43,089 nucleotides of DNA from Nitrososphaerota archaeon (GTDB lineage Archaea > Thermoproteota > Nitrososphaeria_A > Caldarchaeales > Calditenuaceae): the NCBI GenBank assembly GCA_033581555.1, contig JAVQSZ010000010.1:1-43089 (forward strand), read 5' to 3'. Below, piece after piece: positions 10,258 to 19,619 of the stretch; position 1 is the first letter of the stretch, and every line of letters begins with the position of its first letter. The notes beneath the pieces are model-generated. The model was not told the origin of the DNA. It worked only from the letters and a program-made list of their open reading frames with translations, and searched no databases. The translations under genes and the position numbers were made by a program.

Positions 10258-10773
10258 GTGTCGCAGGCGGTATCGTTCGAGAGGCTCCTCCTGTCGGACA
10301 GGATGAAGAGGGTCCTCTTCGCCGAACTGATGGCCTCGACGGCGTTGGTTGCCGTCCTGATGGCCGCGGTGAACCGCCTGCCCTTCGAGGGAGCCGTAGT
10401 AGGTGGGGTCGTCGCGACCGCGGTGGCCGTGGTCTGGGCGAGGTGGGAGGCGGGGAGGAGGTTGAGGAGGCTCACGACGGCCACGGTCGTCAGGACCTTC
10501 CTCTCGCATGTGCGCGACCACCGTCACCCTCCGCTCCCCTTCGGCCCGTTCATCCACCCCTACGTTCAGCCCCTGAGGGGGTACTTGGTGGAGGCGATGA
10601 CCAGGAACGGCCCGATCAGGTACGTGGACCACGAGCCCAGGACCGAGGGCGAGAGGGTCCTACTGCTCCTGGACGGGAGGGGCAGGGTGCTCGCGGCCTC
10701 GAGGGCCGGCGACGGCGTCAGGTTGGACCTGCTCTTGAGGCTGGGGCAGACCTCGCGGCCGAGATCAGGCTGA
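10258..10773 (+). CDS. Hypothetical membrane protein (two N-terminal TM helices)
   Basis: Fills the gap between rpl3 and hisA with typical codon usage and two hydrophobic segments. Start is GTG 10258 or ATG 10303. Confidence 0.55.
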   Translation: MSQAVSFERLLLSDRMKRVLFAELMASTALVAVLMAAVNRLPFEGAVVGGVVATAVAVVWARWEAGRRLRRLTTATVVRTFLSHVRDHRHPPLPFGPFIHPYVQPLRGYLVEAMTRNGPIRYVDHEPRTEGERVLLLLDGRGRVLAASRAGDGVRLDLLLRLGQTSRPRSG

Positions 10774-11467
10774 GCGGGTGGACGAGGTTCTCGTAGAGGA
10801 CCCTCCCGAGGACCACCCCCCTCACGCCCGTCGAGCAGAGGGCCTTCACGTGCTCGACCGCGGAGACGCCGCCGCTCACGTAGGTCCTGCTCAGCCGCTC
10901 GGGTCCGATCCTCGAGAGCGTCTCGAGGTCTGGGCCGAGGAGCGTCCCGTCCCTGAAGGTCGAGGTCGCGAGGACGTATCTCATCGAGAGCCTCGAGACC
11001 AGCTCGTAACCTCTGATCAGGTCGATCCCCGCGTCGGAGCTCCAGCCCCTGATCAGAACCCTTCCGTTACGGTCGTAGTCGAGGGCCGCGACGAACCTCT
11101 CCGGCGAGTGCTCCCTCACCAGCGACTCCACAAGCTCCGGCTCCGTGAAGACCAGCGTCCCGAGCACGACCCTGTCGGCCCCTAGGGAGAGGACCTCCTC
11201 GATCGACTCCCTGTCCCTCATGCCGCCTCCGACCTGAAACCTGACGCCCTTCACCTCTTGGATCATCCTCCTGATCAGGTCCGAGTTGTCGCCCCGGTCC
11301 ATCGCCCTGTCCAGGTCCACCAGGTGAATCCCGTCGAAGCCGTAGCCGACCAACCTCCTCGCGACCTGCACGGGGTTGGTGGAGTAGACGATCGCGTTGC
11401 TGACCTCGCCCTTCACGAGCCTCACCACGTTCCCCTCGAGGATGTCGATGGAAGCCCAGACCTCCAT
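10718..11467 (-). CDS. hisA: ProFAR isomerase (HisA)
   Basis: SIDILEGNVVRLVKG, HLVDLD, QVGGGMR, DGTLLGPD, SGGV. Confidence 0.93.
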   Translation of the reverse strand: MEVWASIDILEGNVVRLVKGEVSNAIVYSTNPVQVARRLVGYGFDGIHLVDLDRAMDRGDNSDLIRRMIQEVKGVRFQVGGGMRDRESIEEVLSLGADRVVLGTLVFTEPELVESLVREHSPERFVAALDYDRNGRVLIRGWSSDAGIDLIRGYELVSRLSMRYVLATSTFRDGTLLGPDLETLSRIGPERLSRTYVSGGVSAVEHVKALCSTGVRGVVLGRVLYENLVHPLSLISAARSAPASRAGPT

Positions 11468-11521
11468 CCGATCGCATCCCGAACCTCCTCTTAATAGCGA
11501 TCAGTCCCGCGGGGAGCCGGG

Positions 11522-12238
11522 TTGGACCCGAAGTCGCTGAAGGCGAGCGTCCGGGATAGGGTCTGGAGGGAGCTGGAGGAGCGGGGCGTCGCGGCCTTCC
11601 CAACCCCCGTGCGGGGGAGGATACCGAACTTCAGGGGTGCCGAGAGGGCCGCGATGCTGCTGGCCTCGGACCCCGAGTTCGAGAGGGCGAAGGTCGTCAA
11701 GGTCAACCCCGACTCGCCCCAGGCCGCGGTGAGGAGGGAGGTCCTCAGGAGGGGGAAGCTGCTGGTGATGCCGACGCCTAGGCTGAAGGGGGGCTTCCTG
11801 CTGGTAGACCCGCGCCTCGTCCCTAGGACCGAGGTCGACTACGCCGCGACGATCCGGGGAGCGTTCGCCTACGGGAAGCCGGTCCACCCGAGGGACCTGC
11901 CGAAGGTCGACCTGATCGTGCTGGGATCGGTCGCGGTCACGAAGGACGGCTGGAGGGTCGGGAAGGGAGAGGGCTACGCGGAGCTCGAGTACGCGATGCT
12001 CAGGACGTTCGGGAAGGCCGACGAGGGCGTCAAGGTCTACACCACGGTCCACGAGCTCCAGCTGGTCGAGTTCATCCCAGCCGAGCCGTATGACGTCCCC
12101 GTCGACGCGATCTTCACCGACAGGAGGGTCCTGAGGTGCCCGCCGAGGCCGAAGCCCGACCGGATCTACTGGGAGCTGCTCGATGAGGAGAAGGTCTCAG
12201 AGATACCGCTGCTCAGGGAGCTCCGCGGCGGCTCCTGA
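11522..12238 (+). CDS. 5-formyltetrahydrofolate cyclo-ligase-like (MTHFSD-type) protein
   Basis: GRIPNFRGA, KVNPDSPQ, PTPRL, GSVAV..G.RVGKGEGYAELEY. Confidence 0.9.
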   Translation: MDPKSLKASVRDRVWRELEERGVAAFPTPVRGRIPNFRGAERAAMLLASDPEFERAKVVKVNPDSPQAAVRREVLRRGKLLVMPTPRLKGGFLLVDPRLVPRTEVDYAATIRGAFAYGKPVHPRDLPKVDLIVLGSVAVTKDGWRVGKGEGYAELEYAMLRTFGKADEGVKVYTTVHELQLVEFIPAEPYDVPVDAIFTDRRVLRCPPRPKPDRIYWELLDEEKVSEIPLLRELRGGS

Positions 12239-12245
12239 ACCTGGC

Positions 12246-12803
12246 TCACCTCAACCTGCTCAGGGGCTCCACGACCGTGAAGGGGCGCTCGCGCTCGGGC
12301 CTGTCCACCAAGTGCCCCACGCCGAGCGAGACCGGGAGCGGGACCGCGAAGAGCGCGACCAGCTCGAGCGGCCTCTCGATCAGGAGGAAGGCGTTAATCC
12401 TGTCTATCGCCGTGACCCAGCTCTGGTCCCCGAAGGCCACCGACATCACGTAGAAGCCCAGCAGCTGCCAGAGTCCGAAGACCGACGCGGAACCGAGGAG
12501 CGGGGCCGCCGCGGAGCCCGACCTGCCCGCGCAGAGGCCTGCGACCGCGCCGGCGACGAACAGCGAGACCAGCGGGTAGAACCCGTTCCCCGTCGAGACC
12601 ACGAACCCGTACCTCTCCAAGGTGAGGCCTTCGCCTGCGAGCGCGGAGAGGGGGGCGAGGTGGAAGGTCAGCGACCTGTAGACCTCCGCGACGAGGGCCT
12701 GCTGGAGGTTCGGGAAGGGGTAGGACGTGCTCCCGGAGAGGAGGGTGCCCAGACCGACCACGGTGAAGACGAAGCCCAATAGGCCCCTCAGCGCCCCGCT
12801 CAC
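12246..12803 (-). CDS. Hypothetical multi-pass membrane protein
   Basis: About four hydrophobic segments; probable GTG start at 12803 with TTAAG ~26 nt upstream. Confidence 0.65.
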   Translation of the reverse strand: MSGALRGLLGFVFTVVGLGTLLSGSTSYPFPNLQQALVAEVYRSLTFHLAPLSALAGEGLTLERYGFVVSTGNGFYPLVSLFVAGAVAGLCAGRSGSAAAPLLGSASVFGLWQLLGFYVMSVAFGDQSWVTAIDRINAFLLIERPLELVALFAVPLPVSLGVGHLVDRPERERPFTVVEPLSRLR

Positions 12804-12943
12804 GGGCCCGCGTCTCCAGCCCCGCTCCTTAAGCCGTGACGCGGTTCCAGGCCCGGGATATTCGCGGGGGATTTCCTGCGTGAGGCCTGGCACGACCCGG
12901 GAGTCGGGAGCAAGTTTATCCGCGATCGGGCGCGTCGATCCTC

Positions 12944-13663
12944 GTGAGGCACGGGAGGACGGAGCTCCTCTACCTCGACGACAGCTACCTCAGGGAGTTC
13001 GAGGCCGAGGTGATCGGTGTCTCCGAGGGGGGCGCGGTGCTGGATGCGACGGCCTTCCACCCTACCGGCGGGGGGCTGGTCTCGGACGTCGGCGAGCTGA
13101 GGCACGGGTCGGGCGTCGCGCTGGTCAGGGAGGTGAGGTTCGGCGAGGACGGTGTGGTCCACCTTTGCGAGGGAGAGCTCCCGAGGCCCGGCGAGAGGGT
13201 CCGGGGCGTCCTGGACTGGGAGAGGCGTTACAGGGTCATGAGGGCCCACACCGCGCTCCACGCGCTCTCCGCGGTCGTCGCGAGGGAGACGGGCGCGCTG
13301 GTCACCGGCAACCAGGTCTCCCACGGGGAGTGCAGGGTCGACTTCGCCCTCGAGAGCCTCGACAGGGATCTCCTTCGGAGGCTCGTGGACCTGACGAACT
13401 CGGTCCTGAGTGAGGGTAGGCCGGTCAAGGTGAGGTGGATGAGCAGAGAGGAGGCGCTGAGGATCCCCGGGATCACGAAGCTCGCCGACAGGCTGCCTCC
13501 CGACGTGCCGGTCCTCAGGGTCGTCGAGATCGAGGGCGTCGACCTTCAGGCCGACGGAGGGCCCCACGTGGCCAACACGAGGGAGTGCGGCGAGATCGAG
13601 GTGCTGGGCTTTGAGAGCAAGGGCAAGCGTAACAAGAGGCTCTACTTCAGGGTCGTCCCCTGA
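12944..13663 (+). CDS. alaX: Alanyl-tRNA editing protein AlaX-M
   Basis: TELLY..DSYL.EF.A, FHPTGGG..SDVG, MRAHTALH, DLQADGGPHV. Confidence 0.92.
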   Translation: MRHGRTELLYLDDSYLREFEAEVIGVSEGGAVLDATAFHPTGGGLVSDVGELRHGSGVALVREVRFGEDGVVHLCEGELPRPGERVRGVLDWERRYRVMRAHTALHALSAVVARETGALVTGNQVSHGECRVDFALESLDRDLLRRLVDLTNSVLSEGRPVKVRWMSREEALRIPGITKLADRLPPDVPVLRVVEIEGVDLQADGGPHVANTRECGEIEVLGFESKGKRNKRLYFRVVP

Positions 13664-14490
13664 GCGCTGGCCCTCCTGAGGACCATCGTCGCGAGCCTAT
13701 AATGGACCTCGTCGACCATGCTCCCCTCCAGCACCGCCGATGACCTGCCCTCGGACCTCGCGGCCTCCATGACCTCCACCACCCTCCTGGCCCACTCTAC
13801 CTCCTCCTTGGTCGGCGAGAAGGCCTCGTTGATCACGGGCACCTGGTCCGGGTGGATCGCGAGCTTCCCGTCGTAGCCTAGCGACTTGGCCTCAGAGCAC
13901 TCCTCCCTGAGCCCCTCGATGTCCGAGAGCCTGGCGTAGGGCGTGTCGATGGCTAGGAGCCCGTGGGCCTTCGCAGCGATCGCGACCAGGGACTTCGCAA
14001 TTCTCAGGAGCTCCCTCGAGGGCGACGCGATTCCCATGCTCAGCGCGAAGTCGAAGGCGCCGAACGCCAGCCCCGCGATCGAGCCCCACGAGCCGGCGAT
14101 CCCTGCAGCATCGACGACGCCCTTCGCGCTCTCGATCAGCGCGACGACCTTCACCTCACCCCCGAGCTCCTCGACCAACCTCCTCAGGGCACCGACTGAG
14201 TCCGCGCCGTCGCACTTCGGCAGCACCAGGGCGTCGCAGCCGGCCTCGAGCGCCGCTGCCACGTCCTCCCTGAAGTGGACGGTGCCCACGGAGTTCACCC
14301 TCACCATCACCTTCGAGCCGGAGTTGGACCTGACGTGCCTCGCGGCCCAACCGAGCGCCCTCCTCGCCTCGGCCTTCCTCTCCTCCGGCACCGAGTCCTC
14401 GAGGTCCAATATCACGGCGTCGGCCCCGACGCTGGGCGCTCTCCTCACGAACCTCTCCACGTTGGCTGGGACGAAGAGCAGGCTCCTCAC
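13642..14490 (-). CDS. HpcH/CitE family CoA-ester lyase (citryl/malyl-CoA lyase-like)
   Basis: RSLLFVP, DAVILDLEDSV, VRVN, LIES, FGAFD, GKLAIHPDQV. Start is GTG 14490 or 14511. Confidence 0.9.
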   Translation of the reverse strand: MRSLLFVPANVERFVRRAPSVGADAVILDLEDSVPEERKAEARRALGWAARHVRSNSGSKVMVRVNSVGTVHFREDVAAALEAGCDALVLPKCDGADSVGALRRLVEELGGEVKVVALIESAKGVVDAAGIAGSWGSIAGLAFGAFDFALSMGIASPSRELLRIAKSLVAIAAKAHGLLAIDTPYARLSDIEGLREECSEAKSLGYDGKLAIHPDQVPVINEAFSPTKEEVEWARRVVEVMEAARSEGRSSAVLEGSMVDEVHYRLATMVLRRASAQGTTLK

Positions 14491-14545
14491 GCCCCCGACG
14501 CGAGGGATCACCGATTTATCCCGTGCGAGGGTCTCCAGGGCGGAC

Positions 14546-15346
14546 ATGGTCAGGGTCTCGGCGTCCCTCGTCAGGGAGAAGGTGAGGGGGTGGCCGAAGC
14601 TGGAGGAGATGCTCGAGCTCCTCGAGGGCGACGAAGAGCTCCAGGACATGCTGGCCCTGTGCAACGAGATGGTCGTCACGAGGCTCTACTACAACGACCA
14701 CGGCCCGACCCACGCCAGGATCGTCGCGGGGTCGGCTCTCGAGATCGCCGACATCCTCTCAGGAGCAGGGGTGAGGTTCTCGACGGTCGGGCAGGACGGC
14801 CTCACGCAGGAGGACGCGAGGTTGATCGTGATGACCGGGGCCTACCTCCACGACATCGGGAACATGGTCCACAGGGCCTACCACCATCTGATCGGGGTCT
14901 ACCTCGCGGACAGGGTGCTCAGGAACCTACTGCCGAAGGTCTACGGGAGGGGGAGGGCCGAGAGGAGGGTGAGGCAGGAAGTGCTCCACAGCGTCCTCTC
15001 CCACGACGAGTCCGTCCACTCGCTGACCGTCGAGGCGGGGATCGTCAAGGTCGCCGACGGCACCGACATGTCCGGGGGAAGGGCGAGGGTGCCCTACAGG
15101 CACGGGAAGTCCGACATCCACGCCTTCTCGGCGCTCGCGATCACTTCAGTCGAATTGGAGAGGGGCGATCCAAGGCCGCTCAGGATCGAGGTGAACATGG
15201 TCAACGAGGCCGGCGTCTTCCAGGTGGAGGAGGTGCTCGCGAGGAAGATCGCGACCTCCGGGATAGAGGGGCTGGTCTCGGTCAGGATGCTGAAGTCCGG
15301 CCAGCTGCTCAAGGAGCTCACGGAGTTCAGGAGGAGGGCCGTCTAG
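14546..15346 (+). CDS. HD-superfamily metal-dependent phosphohydrolase
   Basis: YNDHGPTH, YLHDIGN, VKVADGTDM..GRAR. Confidence 0.88.
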   Translation: MVRVSASLVREKVRGWPKLEEMLELLEGDEELQDMLALCNEMVVTRLYYNDHGPTHARIVAGSALEIADILSGAGVRFSTVGQDGLTQEDARLIVMTGAYLHDIGNMVHRAYHHLIGVYLADRVLRNLLPKVYGRGRAERRVRQEVLHSVLSHDESVHSLTVEAGIVKVADGTDMSGGRARVPYRHGKSDIHAFSALAITSVELERGDPRPLRIEVNMVNEAGVFQVEEVLARKIATSGIEGLVSVRMLKSGQLLKELTEFRRRAV

Positions 15347-15417
15347 CGCGATCTGTTCGGTTGACGAACGTTCATAGTCCGGCCTGGACGACTGGGTGTG
15401 GAGGCTGGTCACCCTTG

Positions 15418-16725
15418 ATGGGCGTCTCCGAGTTGAGGGGCCTCTACGTCTCCAGGGGCATCTCGACCCTACACCCGGTCACGGTGGTCAGGGGCAGGAA
15501 CGCGGTCCTCTACGCCGACGACGGCACCGAGTACATCGACTTCACCAGCGGGATAGGCGTGACGAACCTCGGCCACTGCGACGAGGAGCTGATCGCTGCG
15601 GCGGTCGAGCAGCTCAGGAGGCTCTGGCACGTCTGCTTCGCGGTCGCCCAGTACGAGCCCTACTTCAGGCTCGCCGAGAGGCTCTCCGAGGTGGCCCCGA
15701 CCGGCGGGAGGAACAAGGCCGCGCTCTTCAACAGCGGCGCCGAGGCGGTGGAGAACGCGGTCAAGGTCGCGAGGCTCGCGACCAGCAGGCCCTTCGTCGT
15801 CTCCTTCCTCAACTCCTTCCACGGCAGGACCTGGCTCGCGCTCACCGCGACCGGGAAGTACCTCCCGTACAAGGCGGGGCTCGAGCCCTTCGTCCCGAAC
15901 GTCCTCCACGCGCCCTACCCGTACTGCTACCGCTGTCCCTTCAACTCGACCTATCCGGAGTGCGGTCTGGTCTGCCTCGACTACCTCAAGAGGTGGGTCT
16001 TCGGGGCGCAGGTCCAGCCAGAGAGGGTCTCCGCGGTCCTCTTCGAACCTGTCCAGGGCGAGGGAGGGTTCGTCGTGCCGCCGAGGGACTACGTCAGGGA
16101 GCTCAGGTCCTTCCTGAGCGAGCACGGCGTCCTGCTGATCGACGACGAGGTCCAGACGGGGATGGGGAGGACGGGGAGGCTCTTCGCGATCGAGCACTTC
16201 GGCGTCGAGCCGGACGTCATCGCGCTCGGGAAGGCGCTCGCTAACGGCCTCCCGATCTCGGCGGTGGTCGGCAGGTCGGAGCTGATGGACGCGGTCCACC
16301 CGATGGGCCTCGGGACGACCTTCGGGGGGAATCCGGTCGCGGCCGCCGTGGCGCTGAAGGTCATCGACGCGATCGGCGAGAGGCGGATCCTCGAGAGGGC
16401 GAGGGAGGTCGGAGAGGTCGTCGCCGCGAGGCTCGAGGGGCTCGCGGAGCGCTTCGAGTCCGTCGGCGACGTCAGGGGTCTGGGCGCGATGAGGGCGATC
16501 GAGTTCGTGAGGGACAGGAGGACGAAGGAGCCCGCTGCCGACCTGGCGGAGGCCGTCGTCGAGGCCGCGAGGAAAAGGGGACTGCTCCTGCTCAAGGGCG
16601 GGTTCTACGGGAACGTGATCAGGCTCCACCCGCCCCTGACGATAGAGCGGGATCTCCTCGAGGAGGGGCTCGACAGGCTCGAGGACTCGGTCGATGAGGC
16701 CTCCAAGGCGTCCGGTGGGGCGTAG
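15418..16725 (+). CDS. Class III PLP aminotransferase (4-aminobutyrate aminotransferase-like)
   Basis: NSGAEAVENAVK, FHGRT, EPVQGEGG, DEVQTGMGRTG, GKALANG, TFGGNP. Confidence 0.92.
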   Translation: MGVSELRGLYVSRGISTLHPVTVVRGRNAVLYADDGTEYIDFTSGIGVTNLGHCDEELIAAAVEQLRRLWHVCFAVAQYEPYFRLAERLSEVAPTGGRNKAALFNSGAEAVENAVKVARLATSRPFVVSFLNSFHGRTWLALTATGKYLPYKAGLEPFVPNVLHAPYPYCYRCPFNSTYPECGLVCLDYLKRWVFGAQVQPERVSAVLFEPVQGEGGFVVPPRDYVRELRSFLSEHGVLLIDDEVQTGMGRTGRLFAIEHFGVEPDVIALGKALANGLPISAVVGRSELMDAVHPMGLGTTFGGNPVAAAVALKVIDAIGERRILERAREVGEVVAARLEGLAERFESVGDVRGLGAMRAIEFVRDRRTKEPAADLAEAVVEAARKRGLLLLKGGFYGNVIRLHPPLTIERDLLEEGLDRLEDSVDEASKASGGA

Positions 16726-16748
16726 AGGATTTAAGTCCGCGGAGGAGG

Positions 16749-16976
16749 GTGAGGCACGGCTTGACGACCGTCGACCCCGTCCAGGAGCTCAGGCACCTGG
16801 TCAAGGGCCTCGCGGAGTGCGCCTCGATGTACGGCGGGATCGCGATCAGGGTCAAGGACCCCTCGAAGTTCCCCTGGGGCGAGGTCTTCACGAGGCTCCT
16901 CTCCATGGGCCACGAGGTCTGGCTCGAGCTCGAAGAGGGCCAGATCGTGATCTACTCCAGGCCTCCGACCGAGTGA
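16749..16976 (+). CDS. Small hypothetical protein (75 aa)
   Basis: GGAGG RBS and TTTAAG upstream; typical codon usage. Confidence 0.65.
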   Translation: MRHGLTTVDPVQELRHLVKGLAECASMYGGIAIRVKDPSKFPWGEVFTRLLSMGHEVWLELEEGQIVIYSRPPTE

Positions 16977-17031
16977 GCTGGACGAATCGTGCTCAGGGCT
17001 TAAATCGTGCGGCGGGTCTGTCGAGCCAGCC

Positions 17032-18222
17032 ATGAAGGGCTTGGCCAACGCCGCGCTGGCCCTCAGCGTCGTCGCGCTCCTGCTGGTCGGACTCGTGGTC
17101 CTTCAGGTCGAGTCAGTAGGTACTACCCTGGAGGCCATCAGGAACAGGCTTCAGTCGCTCGAGCTGAACGTCAGCGCGGTCCAAGCCGCCGTGACCAGGA
17201 CCGTCACGGTCACTGCGACGCCGACGCCTGCCCAGACCGCGGTCCTTCCTCCGCCGCAGATCGCGCACCTCAACATCACCGAGCTCTTCGAGCGAGTCAA
17301 GCACTCCGTCGTGGTCGTCAGGGTCTACTCCAGGTTCGCTTCCGGAATAGGTTCGGGCTTCGTCTACGACGAGCGCGGTTACATAATAACAAACCATCAC
17401 GTGGTAGCGGACGCGGTCACGATATACGTCGACTTCCTCGACAGGACGACTCTGCCCGCGAGGGTCGTGGGGTCCGACGTCGACACGGACCTCGCAGTTA
17501 TCAGGGTCGACCCGCCTCCGGATATGAGGCTCGTCCCGCTCCAGCTCGGCGACTCCAAGTCCCTCAAGATCGGGGACACCGTGATTGCGGTCGGCAACCC
17601 GTTCGGGCTCCAGGGCTCCGTCACGGTCGGGATCGTCAGCCAGAAGGGCAGACTACTCCCGTCGAGCAGGGGCTACCTCATACCTGGCGTGATCCAGATA
17701 GACGCAGCGATCAACCGCGGCAACTCAGGAGGGCCGCTGCTGAACTCCAGGGGCGAGGTGGTAGGAGTGACGACGGCCATCGAGACGACCACCGGCCTCT
17801 TCGCGGGGGTCGGGTACGCGATACCGTCCTCCATCGTCAAGAGGGTCGTCCCCGAGCTGATCGCGAAAGGCCGCTTCTCCCACAGCTTCATCGGGATCTC
17901 CGGGAAGGAGATCAACTCGATGGTTGCGCAGCAGCTGGGGTTGCCGTTCAAGAGCGGCCTCCTGATCGAGAACGTCTCTCCGAACAGCCCCGCGAGCGCA
18001 GCAGGCCTCAGGGGAGGTAACAGGGCCACGACGATCGCTGGCGAGAATTACGTCGTCGGGGGCGACCTGATAATCGCGGTCGACGGCCAGCCCGTGACCT
18101 CCCTCGACGACCTCCTCAACTACCTGATCGAGAACACCTCACCGGGCACCAGGGTCACCCTCACGGTCTACAGGGACGGCCAGGTCAGGAACGTCGAGGT
18201 CGTACTCGGGGTCAGGCCCTGA
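17032..18222 (+). CDS. Membrane-anchored HtrA/DegP-like serine protease with PDZ domain
   Basis: N-terminal TM; GSGF, TNHHVV, DLAV, DAAINRGNSGGPL; C-terminal PDZ. Confidence 0.95.
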   Translation: MKGLANAALALSVVALLLVGLVVLQVESVGTTLEAIRNRLQSLELNVSAVQAAVTRTVTVTATPTPAQTAVLPPPQIAHLNITELFERVKHSVVVVRVYSRFASGIGSGFVYDERGYIITNHHVVADAVTIYVDFLDRTTLPARVVGSDVDTDLAVIRVDPPPDMRLVPLQLGDSKSLKIGDTVIAVGNPFGLQGSVTVGIVSQKGRLLPSSRGYLIPGVIQIDAAINRGNSGGPLLNSRGEVVGVTTAIETTTGLFAGVGYAIPSSIVKRVVPELIAKGRFSHSFIGISGKEINSMVAQQLGLPFKSGLLIENVSPNSPASAAGLRGGNRATTIAGENYVVGGDLIIAVDGQPVTSLDDLLNYLIENTSPGTRVTLTVYRDGQVRNVEVVLGVRP

Positions 18223-18265
18223 CGCATCGTCTTTATATCCTGAGCGAATCCTCAGGTCGGGAGTC

Positions 18266-18748
18266 ATGTCTTCGGAGTTCAGAATCAGGAGGGCTACGCA
18301 GGCCGACCTTGAGGCGCTCGTGGACCTGTTGATCAGGAACAAGAGGCTGAACGAGGAGTTCGACCCGATGCTCACGGTCTCGAGCGAGGTACGCTCCGCA
18401 GCCCGGAAGTACCTCTCGGACGCGCTCTCAGACGACAGGTCGCTTGTCCTGGTGGCCGAGGACCAGAGGGGGAGGGCGATGGCCTTCCTGAAGGCCGACG
18501 TCGTCGACAGGGTCTTCTACGCCCCGGAGAAGGAGGGAGTGATCAGGGAGTTCTACGTCCTCCCGGAGTACAGGAGGAGGGGGCTGGGGAAGCTGATGAT
18601 CGACGAGGCGGTCAAGGAGCTGACCGGTATGGGCGCGGGCGTCATCACCGCGGAGTTCCCGTCCCAACACAAGATCGCGGTCTCGTTCTACGAGAGCATC
18701 GGCTTCAGGCCGCTCTTCAGCAAGTACGCGAAGGAGCTGAAGAAGTGA
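18266..18748 (+). CDS. GNAT family N-acetyltransferase
   Basis: IRRAT..D, YVLPEYRRRGLGK, A..FYESIGF. Confidence 0.9.
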   Translation: MSSEFRIRRATQADLEALVDLLIRNKRLNEEFDPMLTVSSEVRSAARKYLSDALSDDRSLVLVAEDQRGRAMAFLKADVVDRVFYAPEKEGVIREFYVLPEYRRRGLGKLMIDEAVKELTGMGAGVITAEFPSQHKIAVSFYESIGFRPLFSKYAKELKK

Positions 18749-18753
18749 GCGGG

Positions 18754-18867
18754 TGCGGCCGGCGGGATTTGAACCCGCGATCTCCGGGCGCACCCACCAC
18801 GTCCGTGGCACGGGGCCCCGGCTTTACGCCACCCGAGCGGCGTCGTACCAGGCTAGACCACGGCCGC
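18754..18867 (-). tRNA. tRNA-Gly-like gene with two BHB introns (25/26: 18823-18841; 37/38: 18790-18810). Anticodon is CCC by BHB parsing; isotype uncertain.
   Basis: Acceptor GCGGCCG/CGGCCGC-A; D arm GTCT-AGCCTGGTA-CGAC; T arm GCGGG-TTCAAAT-CCCGC; variable loop AGATC. The 40 extra nt parse into 19- and 21-nt BHB introns. TTAATA lies ~25 nt upstream. Confidence 0.8.
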
Positions 18868-18920
18868 TGCACTGGAATTGCTGCTCAGGGTGATATTAAC
18901 TTCATGCGCCGAACCACTGC

Positions 18921-19619
18921 TCAAGGTCCCCTCCTCAGGAGGGCCTCGCGGACCTCGAGGAGCCTCGCGACGATGGCCTCGGCGTTGGCCTCGAGCGAGT
19001 TGGGTGCGTTCTCGACCCAGATCGCCTCTGCGCCCGAGCTGGAGGCGAACTCCCTGTATCCCTCCCTCACGAGGTCCTGGAACCCGGTCGCGTCCTCGAG
19101 GAAGCCCTTCCTCCTCCCCCTCGAGACCCTGGAGAGCCTCTCGCGCTCCTCCACGTCGACGATCACGTAGACGTCGGGCCTCAGGAGCGACCCGGCGCCG
19201 AGCTCCTCGACGAGCCTGACCAGCCCCGACGGGGTCGTACCGGTCCTCACGCCGCTGTACCTCACGTACGCGAGCCCGAAGACGACCGAGCAGAGGTAGT
19301 ACCTGTCGATCAGCAGGAAGTCCGCGGCCCTCCTCCTAGCAGCCCTCTCCATGACCGCCGAGTCCTCGACCGTGTTGGCGAGGAAGAGGAGCATCCTCGT
19401 CAGGGGCGCGACCCCCCTTCGGTTGCCGTAGCTGACCGCGAAGGCCCCGGTCCTCGTCCTGCTGGGAGTCTTGTAGGTCACGACGGTCATCCCCTTCGAC
19501 CTCAGCAGCCGGGCGGTCCTCCTGAGCAGCGACGTCTTCCCTGACCCGTCGGTCCCCTCGAAGGCCGCGACGACGCACCTCTTCCTGCCGAGGTCGATCA
19601 GGCCCCCCTCGACCTCCAC
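18921..19619 (-). CDS. tmk: Thymidylate kinase family protein
   Basis: AFEGTDGSGKTS P-loop, IDRY motif, PD...IVDV; probable GTG start at 19619 overlapping the cbf5 end. Confidence 0.78.
   Translation of the reverse strand: MEVEGGLIDLGRKRCVVAAFEGTDGSGKTSLLRRTARLLRSKGMTVVTYKTPSRTRTGAFAVSYGNRRGVAPLTRMLLFLANTVEDSAVMERAARRRAADFLLIDRYYLCSVVFGLAYVRYSGVRTGTTPSGLVRLVEELGAGSLLRPDVYVIVDVEERERLSRVSRGRRKGFLEDATGFQDLVREGYREFASSSGAEAIWVENAPNSLEANAEAIVARLLEVREALLRRGP

Noticed and set aside
14275-15417. N-terminal extensions in the ORF track (816-aa aminotransferase, 632-aa DHH, 467-aa HD, 469-aa LLM) suggesting fusions
   Set aside because: The extensions overlap other real genes or promoters; family homology starts at internal start codons
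15347-15417. C/D-box sRNA candidate (TTGACGA...CCGG..TGGACGA...CTGG)
   Set aside because: All boxes deviate from consensus, there is no CTGA D box, and I could not identify a target
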